Of a DNA stretch of 64,000 nt, positions 28,766-38,918 are shown in pieces. How positions within the stretch are numbered: position 1 is the stretch's first letter; each line of letters opens with the position of its first letter. The stretch comes from Candidatus Kaiserbacteria bacterium (GTDB lineage: Bacteria; Patescibacteriota; Minisyncoccia; Phycocordibacterales; Phycocordibacteraceae). Where the stretch lies: NCBI GenBank assembly GCA_023264445.1, contig JAHFMN010000002.1:66365-130364 (forward strand), read 5' to 3'. The position numbers were made by a program, and so were the translations under genes. Below the pieces are notes generated by a model. It did no database searches. It was not told the DNA's origin and was given only the letters and a program-made list of their open reading frames with translations.

Positions 28766-30136
28766 GTGAATATGATTGATTTGAAAACCATCAATGCAGT
28801 GCTCGGGGAGTTTGAGGACAGAGGCATCAGTCGTGCGACGATGCTCGAAGCCATCGAGAGCGCCATGGCGACCGCCTACAAGCGCGAATACGGCAAGCGC
28901 GGGCAAGTCATAAACGCCAAACTCGACCTCAACACCGGCACTATCTCCTTTGAACAGGTAAAAACGATCGTGGATGACACGACCGTGCGTTTCCCTGCGC
29001 CCGGCGAGGAAATTCCTGAAGAACATGCGCATGGACATGGATTTCATGCCGATGAGGAACATCTCGCGGAGGGCGAATTGCCGCGCTTTGACTCTGAAAA
29101 GCATATTCTGCTTACCGATGCGAAATTGATAAAGCGCGGTGCGGCGCTCAGCGAGGAAATAATCTTCCCGCTTGAACCACAGGATGATTTCGGTCGTATT
29201 GCCGCGCAGACTGCCAAGCAGGTCGTCATCCAGAAGGTGCGCGAAGCGGAAAAGCTCTCGATGATGGAGGAATTCAGCGAGAAAAAGGGGCAGATCGTGA
29301 GCGGCATCGTACAGCGCATGGAGCGCGGCGCGATTTTTGTCGACCTCGGACGTACGACCGGCATCATTCCCTACGAGGAACAGATTCCGGGCGAGCGGTA
29401 CCGCATGGGTGAGCGCATTCGCGCCTATCTTTATGCGGTGGACGAGGGCTTCCGCGGCGTCTACTTGCGGCTTTCGCGCGCGCATCCGAAATTTGTCGTG
29501 AAGCTTTTCGAACTTGAGGCGCCAGAGCTCGCCGCTGGTTCTATTGAAGTGAAGGCGCTTGCGCGCGAGCCAGGCAGCCGGACTAAAATCGCACTTGCAT
29601 CGATTGATGCACACGTCGATCCGGTCGGCTCTCTCGTCGGTCAGCGTGGCGTGCGCGTCTCGACTGTGATGAGCGAGCTCGGCGGCGAGCGCATCGATAT
29701 TATTGAATGGAACGATGACGCCAAGGAATTCGTGAAAGAGGCGCTCTCCCCTGCTACGCCGCTTGAGGTCGTGCTTGATGAGGCCGAGCACCGCGCGACC
29801 GTGACGGTCGCCGAAGACGAACAGTCTCTCGCCATCGGTCGCGGCGGCCAAAATGTACGCCTTGCCGCAAAGCTTACGGGCTGGAATATCGATATCGTTT
29901 CTGCTGGCGGTGCCGAAGTTGCCGAGTCCGATGGCGAGACCGTTGCGGTCGCTCCGGAGGAAGAGAGTCCTGCAGAAGCTGCAGGCGTCATGCCGACTGA
30001 AAGCGCGGAAATAATTACTGACGCGACTCCGGAAATAACGGCACTACCGGCTGAAGAAGAGACAACGATACTTCCGGCGAGCGATGAAACCGCTGCTGAT
30101 AAAGAGGAAGATCGCGACAAAGCAACTGACGAATAA
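28766..30136 (+). CDS. nusA: transcription termination/antitermination factor NusA
   Basis: N-terminal domain, S1, two KH (GSRTKIALASID...GQRGVRV...), acidic C-terminal tail. Confidence 0.92.
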   Translation: MNMIDLKTINAVLGEFEDRGISRATMLEAIESAMATAYKREYGKRGQVINAKLDLNTGTISFEQVKTIVDDTTVRFPAPGEEIPEEHAHGHGFHADEEHLAEGELPRFDSEKHILLTDAKLIKRGAALSEEIIFPLEPQDDFGRIAAQTAKQVVIQKVREAEKLSMMEEFSEKKGQIVSGIVQRMERGAIFVDLGRTTGIIPYEEQIPGERYRMGERIRAYLYAVDEGFRGVYLRLSRAHPKFVVKLFELEAPELAAGSIEVKALAREPGSRTKIALASIDAHVDPVGSLVGQRGVRVSTVMSELGGERIDIIEWNDDAKEFVKEALSPATPLEVVLDEAEHRATVTVAEDEQSLAIGRGGQNVRLAAKLTGWNIDIVSAGGAEVAESDGETVAVAPEEESPAEAAGVMPTESAEIITDATPEITALPAEEETTILPASDETAADKEEDRDKATDE

Positions 30137-30163
30137 CGTATCGGTACGGTATAATCACCCTCT

Positions 30164-30682
30164 ATGAACTTACTGCACGATATTGATCCGGGTACGAAAG
30201 AGGAAATGAACGTCATCGTCGAGGTCCCGATGGGCTCTCATAATAAGTATGAGATCGACAAGAAGACCGGCCTTATCGCTCTTGATCGCGTCGCGCATAC
30301 TGCGCAAGGATTCCCTTTCGATTACGGCTTCGTGCCGCAGACGCTCTGGGACGATGATGATGCACTCGATGTGATATTGCTCACGACCTACCCTTTTCTA
30401 CCCGGCATCCTGGTTCGCGCTCGCCCGGTCGGCCTAATGAAAATGATCGATAGCGGAGACTCCGACGACAAAGTCATCGCTGTGCCGGTGGATGATCCGC
30501 GCTGGAAGGATGTGAAGGACCTCCCTGACGTCAACGTGCACACGCTCAAGGAAATGGAGCACTTCTACACGACCTATAAGAAGCTGCAGAACAAAGAGGT
30601 CATCGTTGGCGGTTTCGAGGGAAAGGCGGCTGCAGAAGCGGCATTCGAGCGCGCTCGAAAGATGTATGACGATGCAAAATAA
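30164..30682 (+). CDS. ppa: inorganic pyrophosphatase (family I)
   Basis: VIVEVPMGSHNKYEIDK...FPFDYGFVPQTLWDDDDALDVILL. Confidence 0.9.
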   Translation: MNLLHDIDPGTKEEMNVIVEVPMGSHNKYEIDKKTGLIALDRVAHTAQGFPFDYGFVPQTLWDDDDALDVILLTTYPFLPGILVRARPVGLMKMIDSGDSDDKVIAVPVDDPRWKDVKDLPDVNVHTLKEMEHFYTTYKKLQNKEVIVGGFEGKAAAEAAFERARKMYDDAK

Positions 30683-30938
30683 TACGGAACCGGAGAAACT
30701 CCTTTCTGTCGGCGAACCGGGCATTGAGGTAAGTGCATTGCCGATAACGCGTACCCCTGCAGAACCTATAGAGCCAGTTGTCGCCCTCCCTGGTGTGCCG
30801 TCGCAAAAACAGCAGCAGTGGGGCGTCGTGATTTCGATTATTGTTATCGTCGGCATGATTGTCATCGGCGCATTCTATTCTTGGGGAAAGCGGATCGCTG
30901 AACAGAATCCCTCCGCAGCGGCCTCAATCGCGCAATAG
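30666..30938 (+). CDS. small hypothetical protein with a C-terminal TM helix
   Basis: ORF overlapping the ppa stop; [20 protein letters not shown]; weak. Confidence 0.35.
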   Translation: MTMQNNTEPEKLLSVGEPGIEVSALPITRTPAEPIEPVVALPGVPSQKQQQWGVVISIIVIVGMIVIGAFYSWGKRIAEQNPSAAASIAQ

Positions 30939-30991
30939 TCTTACGTAGCTTGCTTGGCAATAGAATTCAGAATAAAATCACCTCCTACCCT

Positions 30992-31591
30992 ATGAACAAA
31001 ATGACACCCCGCGCATCCATGCTTGTGCCGATGGTTATTGAAAAGAGCCAGTTCGGCGAGCGTGCCTACGATATCTACTCGCGCCTTTTGAAGGAGCGTA
31101 TCGTCTTTCTTGGTGGACCTATCGACGACGACGTTGCGAACCTCGTTATCGCGCAGCTCCTCTTTCTTGAAGCGGAAGACCCGAAGAAGGATATTTCGCT
31201 CTACATCAATTCTCCGGGCGGCTCGGTAACCGCCACGCTCGCGATGGTCGACACCATGAATCATGTGAAGCCCCCCGTCTCGACTGTCTGTGTCGGCATG
31301 GCGGCCTCGGGCGCGGCAATACTTCTCTCTGCCGGAGAGAAGGGTAAGCGCTACGCGCTTCCGAATGCTGAAGTGATGATCCATCAGCCGCACGGCGGTG
31401 CCGAAGGTCAGGCGACCGATATTGAAATCACTGCAAAGCAGATACTGAAGCTCCGTGCTGTCCTCAACAAGATACTCGCGAAGAATACTGGCCAGGCACT
31501 CTCAAAAATAGAAAAGGATGTGGAGCGCGACTTCTTCATGACCGCAGATGAAGCCAAGAAATACGGCCTTGTCGATAAAGTATATTCGTAG
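30992..31591 (+). CDS. clpP: ATP-dependent Clp protease proteolytic subunit
   Basis: [31 protein letters not shown], catalytic [10 protein letters not shown] region; start at MNKMTPRA chosen. Confidence 0.9.
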   Translation: MNKMTPRASMLVPMVIEKSQFGERAYDIYSRLLKERIVFLGGPIDDDVANLVIAQLLFLEAEDPKKDISLYINSPGGSVTATLAMVDTMNHVKPPVSTVCVGMAASGAAILLSAGEKGKRYALPNAEVMIHQPHGGAEGQATDIEITAKQILKLRAVLNKILAKNTGQALSKIEKDVERDFFMTADEAKKYGLVDKVYS

Positions 31592-31610
31592 ATCATAGGT
31601 TATCGGAGAG

Positions 31611-31644
31611 ACACGCGCCACTTCGTGGCGCGTGTTGTTTGTGG
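31611..31644 (+). terminator. rho-independent terminator after clpP (acacgcgccac-ttcg-gtggcgcgtgt followed by a T-rich tail)
   Basis: Read directly. Confidence 0.55.
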
Positions 31645-31759
31645 TAGAGTCCCCGCATACCGCTTCGCTGATTGATTGATTCGAACGTTCTGCCGATCCT
31701 CTTCTTTTAGAACTTCATCCTGTTGTGCTTTGTGCGACAGGGCTAACAAAACGGGCTGT

Positions 31760-33289
31760 ATGTCACTCAAAATCATACTAATCATGCTTGCGCTTTCGGG
31801 CGTGGGCGGCGTTGCACTCGGCTACGTGCTGCGCGTACTCATCGGCCTCGCGCAGCGCGGCTCGATCGAGCTCGACATAAAGCAGAAACTCTTGCAGGCG
31901 AAGGAGCAGGCGGCGAAAATCATCGCCGAAGCCGAATTTCGTGGCGAGGTTGTGGAGACGGAACGCCTGGCACCCGTCGAAGGGCGTGAGGAGAAGGTCG
32001 CCGCGCGTGAAGAACGCGTCGCTTCGCGTGAGGAATTTCTTGATTCACGCCAGAGAGACTTGGATGAAAAGGAGGACGATGTACGTGCACGCGAGCAGGA
32101 AGCGGCTCGCGCGAAAAGCGAAGCAGAAAAACTCGCAGTGGAGCGCACCAAAGAGCTTGCGAAAGTTGCTCACCTCTCCGAAGATAAGGCACGCGAAGAA
32201 CTTTTTTCAGAAATCGAACGCACCAATGAGGAAGCGATTCTCCTCCGGCTTCAGAAACTGGCTGCGCACGGAGAAGAACGCCTTGAAGAGAAGGCGCGTA
32301 CGCTCCTGACAACGATCATTCACCGCATGGGAAATGCAGTGAATGCAGACGTCATGTCGCTCTCGGTCGCGATTCCTTCAGAGGAGATGAAGGGGAAGAT
32401 TATCGGCAAAGAAGGCCGCAATATCAAGGCATTTGAGCGCGCGACCGGCGTCGACGTCCTTATCGACGACGTGCCAGGCCGGATAACGCTCGCCTCTTTT
32501 GACCCGCTCCGCCGCTCTATCGCGAAAATCGCTTTGGAGAAGCTCATCGTTGATGGCCGCATCCAGCCCGCCAAGATAGAGGAGATAGTGGAAAAGACAA
32601 AGGTGGAGGTTGGAGAAATCGTGAAGCAGAAAGGCGAAGCAGCGGCGTATGAAGCTGGCGTCATAGGCCTAGACCCGAAGCTCACTGCACTCCTTGGGCG
32701 GCTTAATTTCCGCACGAGTTATGGGCAGAACGTGCTCCAGCATTCTATCGAGATGGCGCACATCGCCGGTATGCTTGCCACGGAACTTGGAATCGACCAA
32801 ACCATAGCCCGTACTGCTGCCCTTCTTCATGACATTGGGAAGGCGGTTGATCACGAGGTACAAGGCACGCACGTCGAGATCGGACGCCGTGTGCTGGAGA
32901 AATTCGGTATTGATAAGCGTGTGATTCTCGCAATGCAGTCGCATCATGAGGAGTATCCCTATGAAACACCAGAGTCGGTCATCGTGCAGGTGGCGGATGC
33001 CATCTCCGGAGGCCGCCCGGGCGCTCGTCGCGACACGGTTGACCGCTATCTGGAGCGCCTTGGAGACTTGGAACGCCTTGCGGGCACTTTTGAAGGCGTT
33101 GAGAAGGTGTATGCGATAGCGGCAGGGCGTGAAATCCGTGTCTTCGTGAACCCCGGCAAGGTAACTGACCTCGCCATGCACAAGCTTGCGCGCGATATTG
33201 CAAAGCGCATCCAAGAGGAGCTCAAATATCCGGGCGAAATCAAAGTAAATATCATCCGCGAAAATCGGGTCGTTGAATTTGCACGCTGA
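31760..33289 (+). CDS. rny: ribonuclease Y
   Basis: N-terminal TM MSLKIILIMLALSGVGGVALGYVL, coiled coil, KH domain, HD domain LLHDIGKAVDHE. Confidence 0.88.
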   Translation: MSLKIILIMLALSGVGGVALGYVLRVLIGLAQRGSIELDIKQKLLQAKEQAAKIIAEAEFRGEVVETERLAPVEGREEKVAAREERVASREEFLDSRQRDLDEKEDDVRAREQEAARAKSEAEKLAVERTKELAKVAHLSEDKAREELFSEIERTNEEAILLRLQKLAAHGEERLEEKARTLLTTIIHRMGNAVNADVMSLSVAIPSEEMKGKIIGKEGRNIKAFERATGVDVLIDDVPGRITLASFDPLRRSIAKIALEKLIVDGRIQPAKIEEIVEKTKVEVGEIVKQKGEAAAYEAGVIGLDPKLTALLGRLNFRTSYGQNVLQHSIEMAHIAGMLATELGIDQTIARTAALLHDIGKAVDHEVQGTHVEIGRRVLEKFGIDKRVILAMQSHHEEYPYETPESVIVQVADAISGGRPGARRDTVDRYLERLGDLERLAGTFEGVEKVYAIAAGREIRVFVNPGKVTDLAMHKLARDIAKRIQEELKYPGEIKVNIIRENRVVEFAR

Positions 33290-33322
33290 TTCCACGCTAT
33301 CCACGCATCTTGTAAAGGCCCA

Positions 33323-33350
33323 TTGCGCAAAATGGCGTGTTTCCTATACT
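33323..33350 (+). promoter_or_regulatory. promoter-like TTGCGC-N16-TATACT upstream of the HU gene
   Basis: Read directly. Confidence 0.4.
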
Positions 33351-33404
33351 TTCCCCCATACCCGCCCCGTAGAGGCCGCGGGGATTACCAGCTAGCAGAT
33401 ACTC

Positions 33405-33677
33405 ATGAATAAAGCAGATATCGTAGACAAGGTGCACGGCGTCCTCGGCACGACGAAGGCCGACGCCGAGCGCGCCGTCGAGACGATGATCGATTCGATT
33501 GTTTCCGGCCTGAAAGGCGGTGACGAAGTATCGGTCGCAGGCCTCGGCATCTTTGCGACCAAGGCGCGCCCTGCACGCCAGGGCCGCAATCCCCGCACGG
33601 GCGAGACGATTCACATCAATGCGACCCGCACGGCGAAGTTCCGCCCCGCAAAGGCGCTCAAGGACGCAGTCAAATAG
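33405..33677 (+). CDS. hup: DNA-binding protein HU
   Basis: MNKADIVDKV...GFGTF-like core GLGIFATKARPARQGRNPRTGETI. Confidence 0.9.
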   Translation: MNKADIVDKVHGVLGTTKADAERAVETMIDSIVSGLKGGDEVSVAGLGIFATKARPARQGRNPRTGETIHINATRTAKFRPAKALKDAVK

Positions 33678-33818
33678 TACGCGTCGCGACCCGACGGACA
33701 TTTAACGTTTCTACATTTCAAGAAAAGCCGCGGCACCCGAGAGGGTACCGGGGTTTCTCTTGCATAATCCTTATAGAGAGGAGTAGGATGACTGCCAGTT
33801 CACTTCGAGGGGAATGAA

Positions 33819-33995
33819 ATGACAAGATCGTGCAATGTCGGGATTGATCTGGATGTGTTCGATGCATTCCGCAATCCGCGAAAGAAAGCATCGAAGCCGG
33901 AACCGAAAAAACCAGCGGTAAATGTCTATCGGGCAGCACGCCAGCTCGAGAGGCTCATTCCGAACAGTTCGGTTTGGAGACGGACCGTGTATTGA
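33819..33995 (+). CDS. unlisted small ORF (58 aa: MTRSCNVGIDLDVFDAFRNPRKKASKPEPKKPAVNVYRAARQLERLIPNSSVWRRTVY)
   Basis: SD gagggg 7 nt upstream of the ATG; followed 20 nt later by a strong terminator; below the ORF-track length cutoff. Confidence 0.4.
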   Translation: MTRSCNVGIDLDVFDAFRNPRKKASKPEPKKPAVNVYRAARQLERLIPNSSVWRRTVY

Positions 33996-34017
33996 CTCTT
34001 GCAGTACTCACCGCCCC

Positions 34018-34048
34018 AGAGGGCCCTCACAAGGGCCCTCTTTATTTC
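34018..34048 (+). terminator. rho-independent terminator (agagggccc-tcacaa-gggccctct-TTATTT)
   Basis: Read directly; overlaps the 3' end of convergent rarA. Confidence 0.55.
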
Positions 34049-35169
34049 AAATACTTCTTTTTCTTTATTTTGTCCGGCAGGTATGATTCACCGTCGTATT
34101 TCTCATATCCTTTTCCATAATCCTGTTCTTTCATGAGCTTCGTGACAGCGTTACGTATCTTTTTCGGCACGGGCAGGTTGCCAAATGCATGCACGTCTGC
34201 TTGCGCCGCACGGAGCGCATCATACGCAGAGCGGTCCTTCTTCGCTTGGGCGAGATAGGCGACGCCGTGGGCGAGATTGATGGCGCACTCCGGGTAGCCG
34301 ATGGTCTCGCAGGCGCGGAATACGGCATTTGCGACGACGAGTGCGGTGGGCTGGGCGAGCCCAACGTCTTCGCTTGCGAATATCACCATCCTCCGCGCGA
34401 TAAAGAGCGGGTCCTCCCCTGCTTCCACCATCCGCGCAAGGTAGTAGAGTGCGGCATCAGCTTGCGAGGCCCGCATGCTTTTTATAAAAGCGCTGACAGT
34501 GTCGTAATGCTCCTCTCCTTTCTTGTCGTAGCGCAGATGCGGCGATTCAAGCGCCTTGTTTAAAGTCTCCGTCGTCACTTCTCCATACAGACTCTGTGCG
34601 CCCTCCATCATGCCGAGCGCCTTGCGTGCGTCGCCGTTTGCATAGCCCATGAGCCAATCGAATGCGTCCTTCCCCACTTTCAGCTTTGTACGTTTGATGA
34701 TTGCGCGCAATGCCTCTTCGGAAAGCGGTTCAAGCACGAAGACGCGGCAACGCGAGAGAAGCGGAGCGATAACCTCAAACGATGGGTTCTCGGTTGTCGC
34801 GCCGATGAGCGTGAGTTCCCCGCTCTCCACGTATGGCAGGAGAAAATCCTGCTGGCTTTTATTAAAGCGATGGATTTCATCAAGGAAGAGCACTTTGTCC
34901 TTCCCTTTTGCATCCGCTGAAACGATTTTCCGAATATCATCCTTCCCCGCTGATACGGCGGATAATTCAAAAAGTTCTGTGTCGAGTGCGCGCGCATAAA
35001 TGCGTGCAATGGTGGTCTTTCCCGTCCCCGGTGGTCCCCAGAGCACAAACGAGAACCGATGCTTCTTCTCCACCGCCACCCGTAAGGGCTTTCCTGCTCC
35101 GACAAGGTGCTCCTGCCCGACGACTTCATCGAGCGTCTTCGGTCGTATTCGTGCGGCAAGCGGCTCCAT
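34042..35169 (-). CDS. rarA: replication-associated recombination protein A (MgsA/RarA AAA ATPase)
   Basis: Walker [26 protein letters not shown]-terminal MgsA helical domain. Confidence 0.9.
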   Translation of the reverse strand: MEPLAARIRPKTLDEVVGQEHLVGAGKPLRVAVEKKHRFSFVLWGPPGTGKTTIARIYARALDTELFELSAVSAGKDDIRKIVSADAKGKDKVLFLDEIHRFNKSQQDFLLPYVESGELTLIGATTENPSFEVIAPLLSRCRVFVLEPLSEEALRAIIKRTKLKVGKDAFDWLMGYANGDARKALGMMEGAQSLYGEVTTETLNKALESPHLRYDKKGEEHYDTVSAFIKSMRASQADAALYYLARMVEAGEDPLFIARRMVIFASEDVGLAQPTALVVANAVFRACETIGYPECAINLAHGVAYLAQAKKDRSAYDALRAAQADVHAFGNLPVPKKIRNAVTKLMKEQDYGKGYEKYDGESYLPDKIKKKKYLK

Positions 35170-35218
35170 GCTCCTATGGTACTCTCGTTGAGGATTTTTG
35201 CCCTACAGGGCCACTTTG

Positions 35219-35292
35219 TGGTGCGGGATAGGAGAATCGAACTCCTGCTCTCAGTTTGGAAAACTGACGTTCTACCATTAAACTAATCCCGC
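35219..35292 (-). tRNA. tRNA-Gly (anticodon TCC), CCA encoded
   Basis: Hand-folded cloverleaf: acceptor GCGGGAT/ATCCCGC, anticodon loop TTTCCAA, T-loop TTCGATT. Confidence 0.8.
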
Positions 35293-35350
35293 CCTTCTTC
35301 GCTAAAGCTACAAAGGGCACAGTGCGAGAATACCATTTTTAGGTTAGCGT

Positions 35351-36469
35351 ATGAATATGCCTCGCCTCCTCCCTTATCTCGGTGCCGTTGTGGCGGCATT
35401 CTTTTTCATTCTTTTTGTGAATACGTTTGCGCATGTGCCGGCCATTTTTGTTAAAGCTCCTATCGTGCCGGATACAAATCTGGCTGCACAAACGAGCACG
35501 GAACTTTCTTCGGAGCCAGATGCAACCACTTCCCCCGCTACTGCGGCGGCTCCCGCGACTCCGCAAACACAGAAAGCACCGGCATTAAACGCATCGGCCA
35601 TCCAACCGGTGCAGTTCCCCTCGCTACCTCCTGTTCCGACAAGCGCGGAGCTCGATGCAGCCGCTTCCGTACTACGCAATGCGCTCGTTAATATTCTCTG
35701 CTATGCACCTTTTGGCAGCGGCTTGCACTCGATTTCTGGCAGCGGCGTCTTCATCAGTTCAAAAGGCATTATTCTCACCAACGCGCACATCGGGCAGTAT
35801 TTCCTCTTTTCTGATCTCGGCGTTTCCTGCACTATCCGCACGGGAAGCCCGGCCACAGATCGTTATGAAGCCGACCTTATGTTTATTTCGCCCGCGTGGG
35901 TCAACACAAATCCGGATGTGCTTACCAAGGCCTCGCCAATCGGGACTGGCGAGCATGACTTCGCACTCCTCGCTGTGACAAAGAGCGCAACGAGGGCGGC
36001 GCTTCCCGCATCCTTCCCCTTCATATCACTTGCAGCGAGCCCCCCTTTCCCTGGTACCCCCATTATCATAGCTTCGTACGGTGCACAGTTTCTTGTATCA
36101 AGTCAGGTAGAATCTTCCCTCTTCCCCACCATCGTGTTCGGCTCGGTGAAAGATGTGTTTACCTTTGCTCTCAATACCATTGACGTGCTTGCGCTTGGCG
36201 GTTCCGCCGCCGCGCAAGAAGGATCTTCAGGAGGAGGTGTCGCAGATGCCTCTGGGGAACTGGTAGGGACCATTACGACGAGTACTGTTGAGGGTTCAAC
36301 CGACACTCGCTCACTCGATGCTATTACGGCTTCCTATATCCGTTCCGACTATGCAAGCGAGACCGGGCGTCCACTCGATCTCCTCCTCGCCGGGTCGACC
36401 ACCACTGCCATAGCCGATTTTGCTCCGCAGATACCGGTACTTGAAGCGATCTTAACCGCTCATCTGTAA
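35351..36469 (+). CDS. secreted trypsin-like (S1/HtrA-type) serine protease without a PDZ domain
   Basis: ILTNAHIG (His), DFALLAV (Asp), GSSGGGV (Ser) catalytic-triad contexts; N-terminal signal anchor. Confidence 0.7.
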   Translation: MNMPRLLPYLGAVVAAFFFILFVNTFAHVPAIFVKAPIVPDTNLAAQTSTELSSEPDATTSPATAAAPATPQTQKAPALNASAIQPVQFPSLPPVPTSAELDAAASVLRNALVNILCYAPFGSGLHSISGSGVFISSKGIILTNAHIGQYFLFSDLGVSCTIRTGSPATDRYEADLMFISPAWVNTNPDVLTKASPIGTGEHDFALLAVTKSATRAALPASFPFISLAASPPFPGTPIIIASYGAQFLVSSQVESSLFPTIVFGSVKDVFTFALNTIDVLALGGSAAAQEGSSGGGVADASGELVGTITTSTVEGSTDTRSLDAITASYIRSDYASETGRPLDLLLAGSTTTAIADFAPQIPVLEAILTAHL

Positions 36470-36487
36470 CTTTAGTCGGGTTTTTTG

Positions 36488-36558
36488 TCGGGGCGCCGGG
36501 AATCGAACCCGGTCTATCTGCTCCCAAAGCAGGCGTACTACCGGTATACTACGCCCCG
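36488..36558 (-). tRNA. tRNA-Pro (anticodon TGG), CCA not encoded
   Basis: Hand fold: C1-G72 pair and A73 typical of tRNA-Pro, U8, A14, G18G19, anticodon loop TTTGGGA, T-arm CCGGG-TTCGATT-CCCGG. Confidence 0.75.
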
Positions 36559-36659
36559 ATATGGAGGAAGGGTGGCGCAAGTCCTCTTGCGAGCACTCTC
36601 TCCGTAATATCGAGGCGAAAGCTTTGCTTACGCCCCGATGTTCAAGCACTCTAGCAGTT

Positions 36660-37055
36660 TTATACGATTTGCGGCAGGTAGCGGACACGTGCCATGCCGT
36701 CTCCGCGGCGCAACCATACGAGACAACCGTCTACCTGCCACTCTCCTTCCCAGTTCTTCTCAAGGACATACCACTCCCCGGTCCGTGCGACCTTCCGTAT
36801 TTTCATTTCATGCAGATTGAGTGACGGATCATAGTTATCGCGGGCATCTTTTTCAACAGGAAATTCGTCAACAAGAATCGTCTTCACTTCAATAACGTGC
36901 AGCGTATCTTCGCTTCTTGCGACGATGTCCAACTCGCCGGTTTTACGCATCACATTCCGGTCGATAACCGAAAACCTATGCCTTTTGAGGTACTCGGCAG
37001 CCACGTTTTCCCCTAGAGCACCAATTTCCTTCCTGGTCTTAGAGGAAAGGTCCAC
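36660..37055 (-). CDS. yraN: YraN-family (UPF0102) endonuclease
   Basis: GALGENVAAEYLKRHRFSVIDRN...GELDIVA...VIEVKT. Confidence 0.75.
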   Translation of the reverse strand: MDLSSKTRKEIGALGENVAAEYLKRHRFSVIDRNVMRKTGELDIVARSEDTLHVIEVKTILVDEFPVEKDARDNYDPSLNLHEMKIRKVARTGEWYVLEKNWEGEWQVDGCLVWLRRGDGMARVRYLPQIV

Positions 37056-37225
37056 GGCTTTTAGAAATATGGCTCATTTGCTCACTATTTCACAGACTTG
37101 TTGAAAAGTCCTATGTCCTTTATCCCCAATATCCCCTATGTTATCCACTTTTACCACATTACCAAAAGACAGGCAAAAACAGCCTAGTCCTCAATGAGGA
37201 CTCTCACGTCCCCACTCGTTCGCTG

Positions 37226-37296
37226 TGCGGGTAGGGAGAATCGAACTCCCATCATCTGATTGGCAACCAGATGTTCTACCATTGAACCATACCCGC
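37226..37296 (-). tRNA. tRNA-Gly (anticodon GCC), CCA not encoded
   Basis: Hand fold: acceptor GCGGGTA/TACCCGC, anticodon loop TTGCCAA. Confidence 0.8.
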
Positions 37297-37345
37297 GCTA
37301 GGCGGCATGATACCACATCGCCCGATTCAATTTCTAGTAGCTTTG

Positions 37346-37417
37346 TGCCCCGACCAGGACTCGAACCTGGAACGACAGTTCCGAAGACTGTTGTGATATC
37401 CATTTCACCATCGGGGC
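37346..37417 (-). tRNA. tRNA-Arg (anticodon TCG), CCA not encoded
   Basis: Hand fold: acceptor GCCCCGA/TCGGGGC, anticodon loop CTTCGGA, T-arm CCAGG-TTCGAGT-CCTGG. Confidence 0.75.
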
Positions 37418-37454
37418 GTATCTGCATAGTAAGGTACTATGCTACGATTTGGAA

Positions 37455-38918
37455 ATGTCGTACCGCATTCCGAATGAAGTCTCTAAAGTTTCTGAAACAC
37501 TCCGGAATGCCGGGTTCGAGACATATCTCGTCGGAGGATGCGTTCGGGACCTGATTATCGGCCTAGAACCTAAGGATTGGGACATTACTACCAACGCAAC
37601 TCCAGAGCAGATTCAGCAAGTATTTCCTGATTCTTTTTACGAAAATGACTACGGCACGGTAGGAGTGAAGACTGGCTCCGAAGATGCCCGTCTTGCTATC
37701 GTAGAAATAACCCCGTATCGCACCGAGTCAGAATATTCCGACAAGCGCCGACCAGACAAGGTAGAGTTTGGCACTTCCCTCTCTCAAGATCTCGCCCGCC
37801 GTGACTTCACCGTGAATGCCATCGCCCTCGATGACTCTAAAGGACAAATTATTGACCCGTTTGATGGTCAAAAGGACATAAAGGACAAGCTCGTGCGAGC
37901 GGTCGGTAATCCTTCTGAACGTTTCAATGAAGATGCGTTGCGGATGTTACGTGCAGTACGTCTTGTTGCCGAACTTGGATTTGGTATAGATGGCGAAACA
38001 GCAAAGGCAATAAGCGAAAATAGCAAGCATTTAAGCCATGTTTCACGTGAAAGAGTCCGGGACGAATTAACTCGTATACTGAACTCAAGTCAACCAATGA
38101 ATGCGCTAGTTCTCGCACAGCGACTAGGCATTCTCGAGCATATTTCTGCGGATCTCATCCGTGGTATCGGCGTTGAGCAGAATCAAGCCCATAGCTATGA
38201 TGTATTTGAGCATCTCATGCGCACCATGCAACACGCGGCTGACAAGGACTGGAACTTCGACATTCGCCTTGCCGGGTTATTCCATGATGTGTCAAAGCCG
38301 GAGACGAGGCGTTGGTCCGATGAGAAGAAGGATTGGACCTTCCATGGTCATGACGTAGTTGGTTCACGTGTAACAAAGAAAGCCCTAGAAGATCTTCATT
38401 TTTCACGTGAAATCATAGATAAGGTCGTAAAGTTGGTCAGATGGCATATGTTCTTCTCTGACCCTGATCAAATCACCCTTTCTGCCGTACGACGCATGAT
38501 TAAGAACGTTGGAGAAGAAAACATATGGGATTTACTTAACCTACGCATCTGCGACCGCATAGGCACTGGAAGGCCAAAGGAGCAGCCATTTCGCTTCCGT
38601 AAGTACAAGGCAATGGTTGAGCAGGCGCTTCGCGACCCTATTTCTGTAACTATGCTAAAGACCGGTGGCACCCACCTCATGGAGAAGTTCCACATGAAAC
38701 CAGGACCAAAAATCGGATGGACACTTAACGCACTTCTTGAGGAAATTCTTGATGATTCAGCTAAAAATACCGAGGAATACCTTGATAAAAGAGCAAGAGA
38801 GCTAATAGAGATGTCTGAAGAAGATCTAAAAAAGCTTGGTGAAGCAGGGAAGGAGCGTCGTGAGGCAGCAGAAGACGAGGAAATAAAGCAAATAATGGAT
38901 AAATATCACGTTTGTTAG
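37455..38918 (+). CDS. cca: CCA-adding tRNA nucleotidyltransferase with HD domain
   Basis: GGCVRDLIIG...DWDITT polymerase-beta head; HD region LFHDVSKPET; ATG at 37455 preferred over the listed TTG start. Confidence 0.85.
   Translation: MSYRIPNEVSKVSETLRNAGFETYLVGGCVRDLIIGLEPKDWDITTNATPEQIQQVFPDSFYENDYGTVGVKTGSEDARLAIVEITPYRTESEYSDKRRPDKVEFGTSLSQDLARRDFTVNAIALDDSKGQIIDPFDGQKDIKDKLVRAVGNPSERFNEDALRMLRAVRLVAELGFGIDGETAKAISENSKHLSHVSRERVRDELTRILNSSQPMNALVLAQRLGILEHISADLIRGIGVEQNQAHSYDVFEHLMRTMQHAADKDWNFDIRLAGLFHDVSKPETRRWSDEKKDWTFHGHDVVGSRVTKKALEDLHFSREIIDKVVKLVRWHMFFSDPDQITLSAVRRMIKNVGEENIWDLLNLRICDRIGTGRPKEQPFRFRKYKAMVEQALRDPISVTMLKTGGTHLMEKFHMKPGPKIGWTLNALLEEILDDSAKNTEEYLDKRARELIEMSEEDLKKLGEAGKERREAAEDEEIKQIMDKYHVC

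Noticed and set aside
33718-33939. 73-aa minus-strand ORF
   Set aside because: It overlaps the better-supported plus-strand 58-aa ORF (which has an RBS and terminator) and has no start context.
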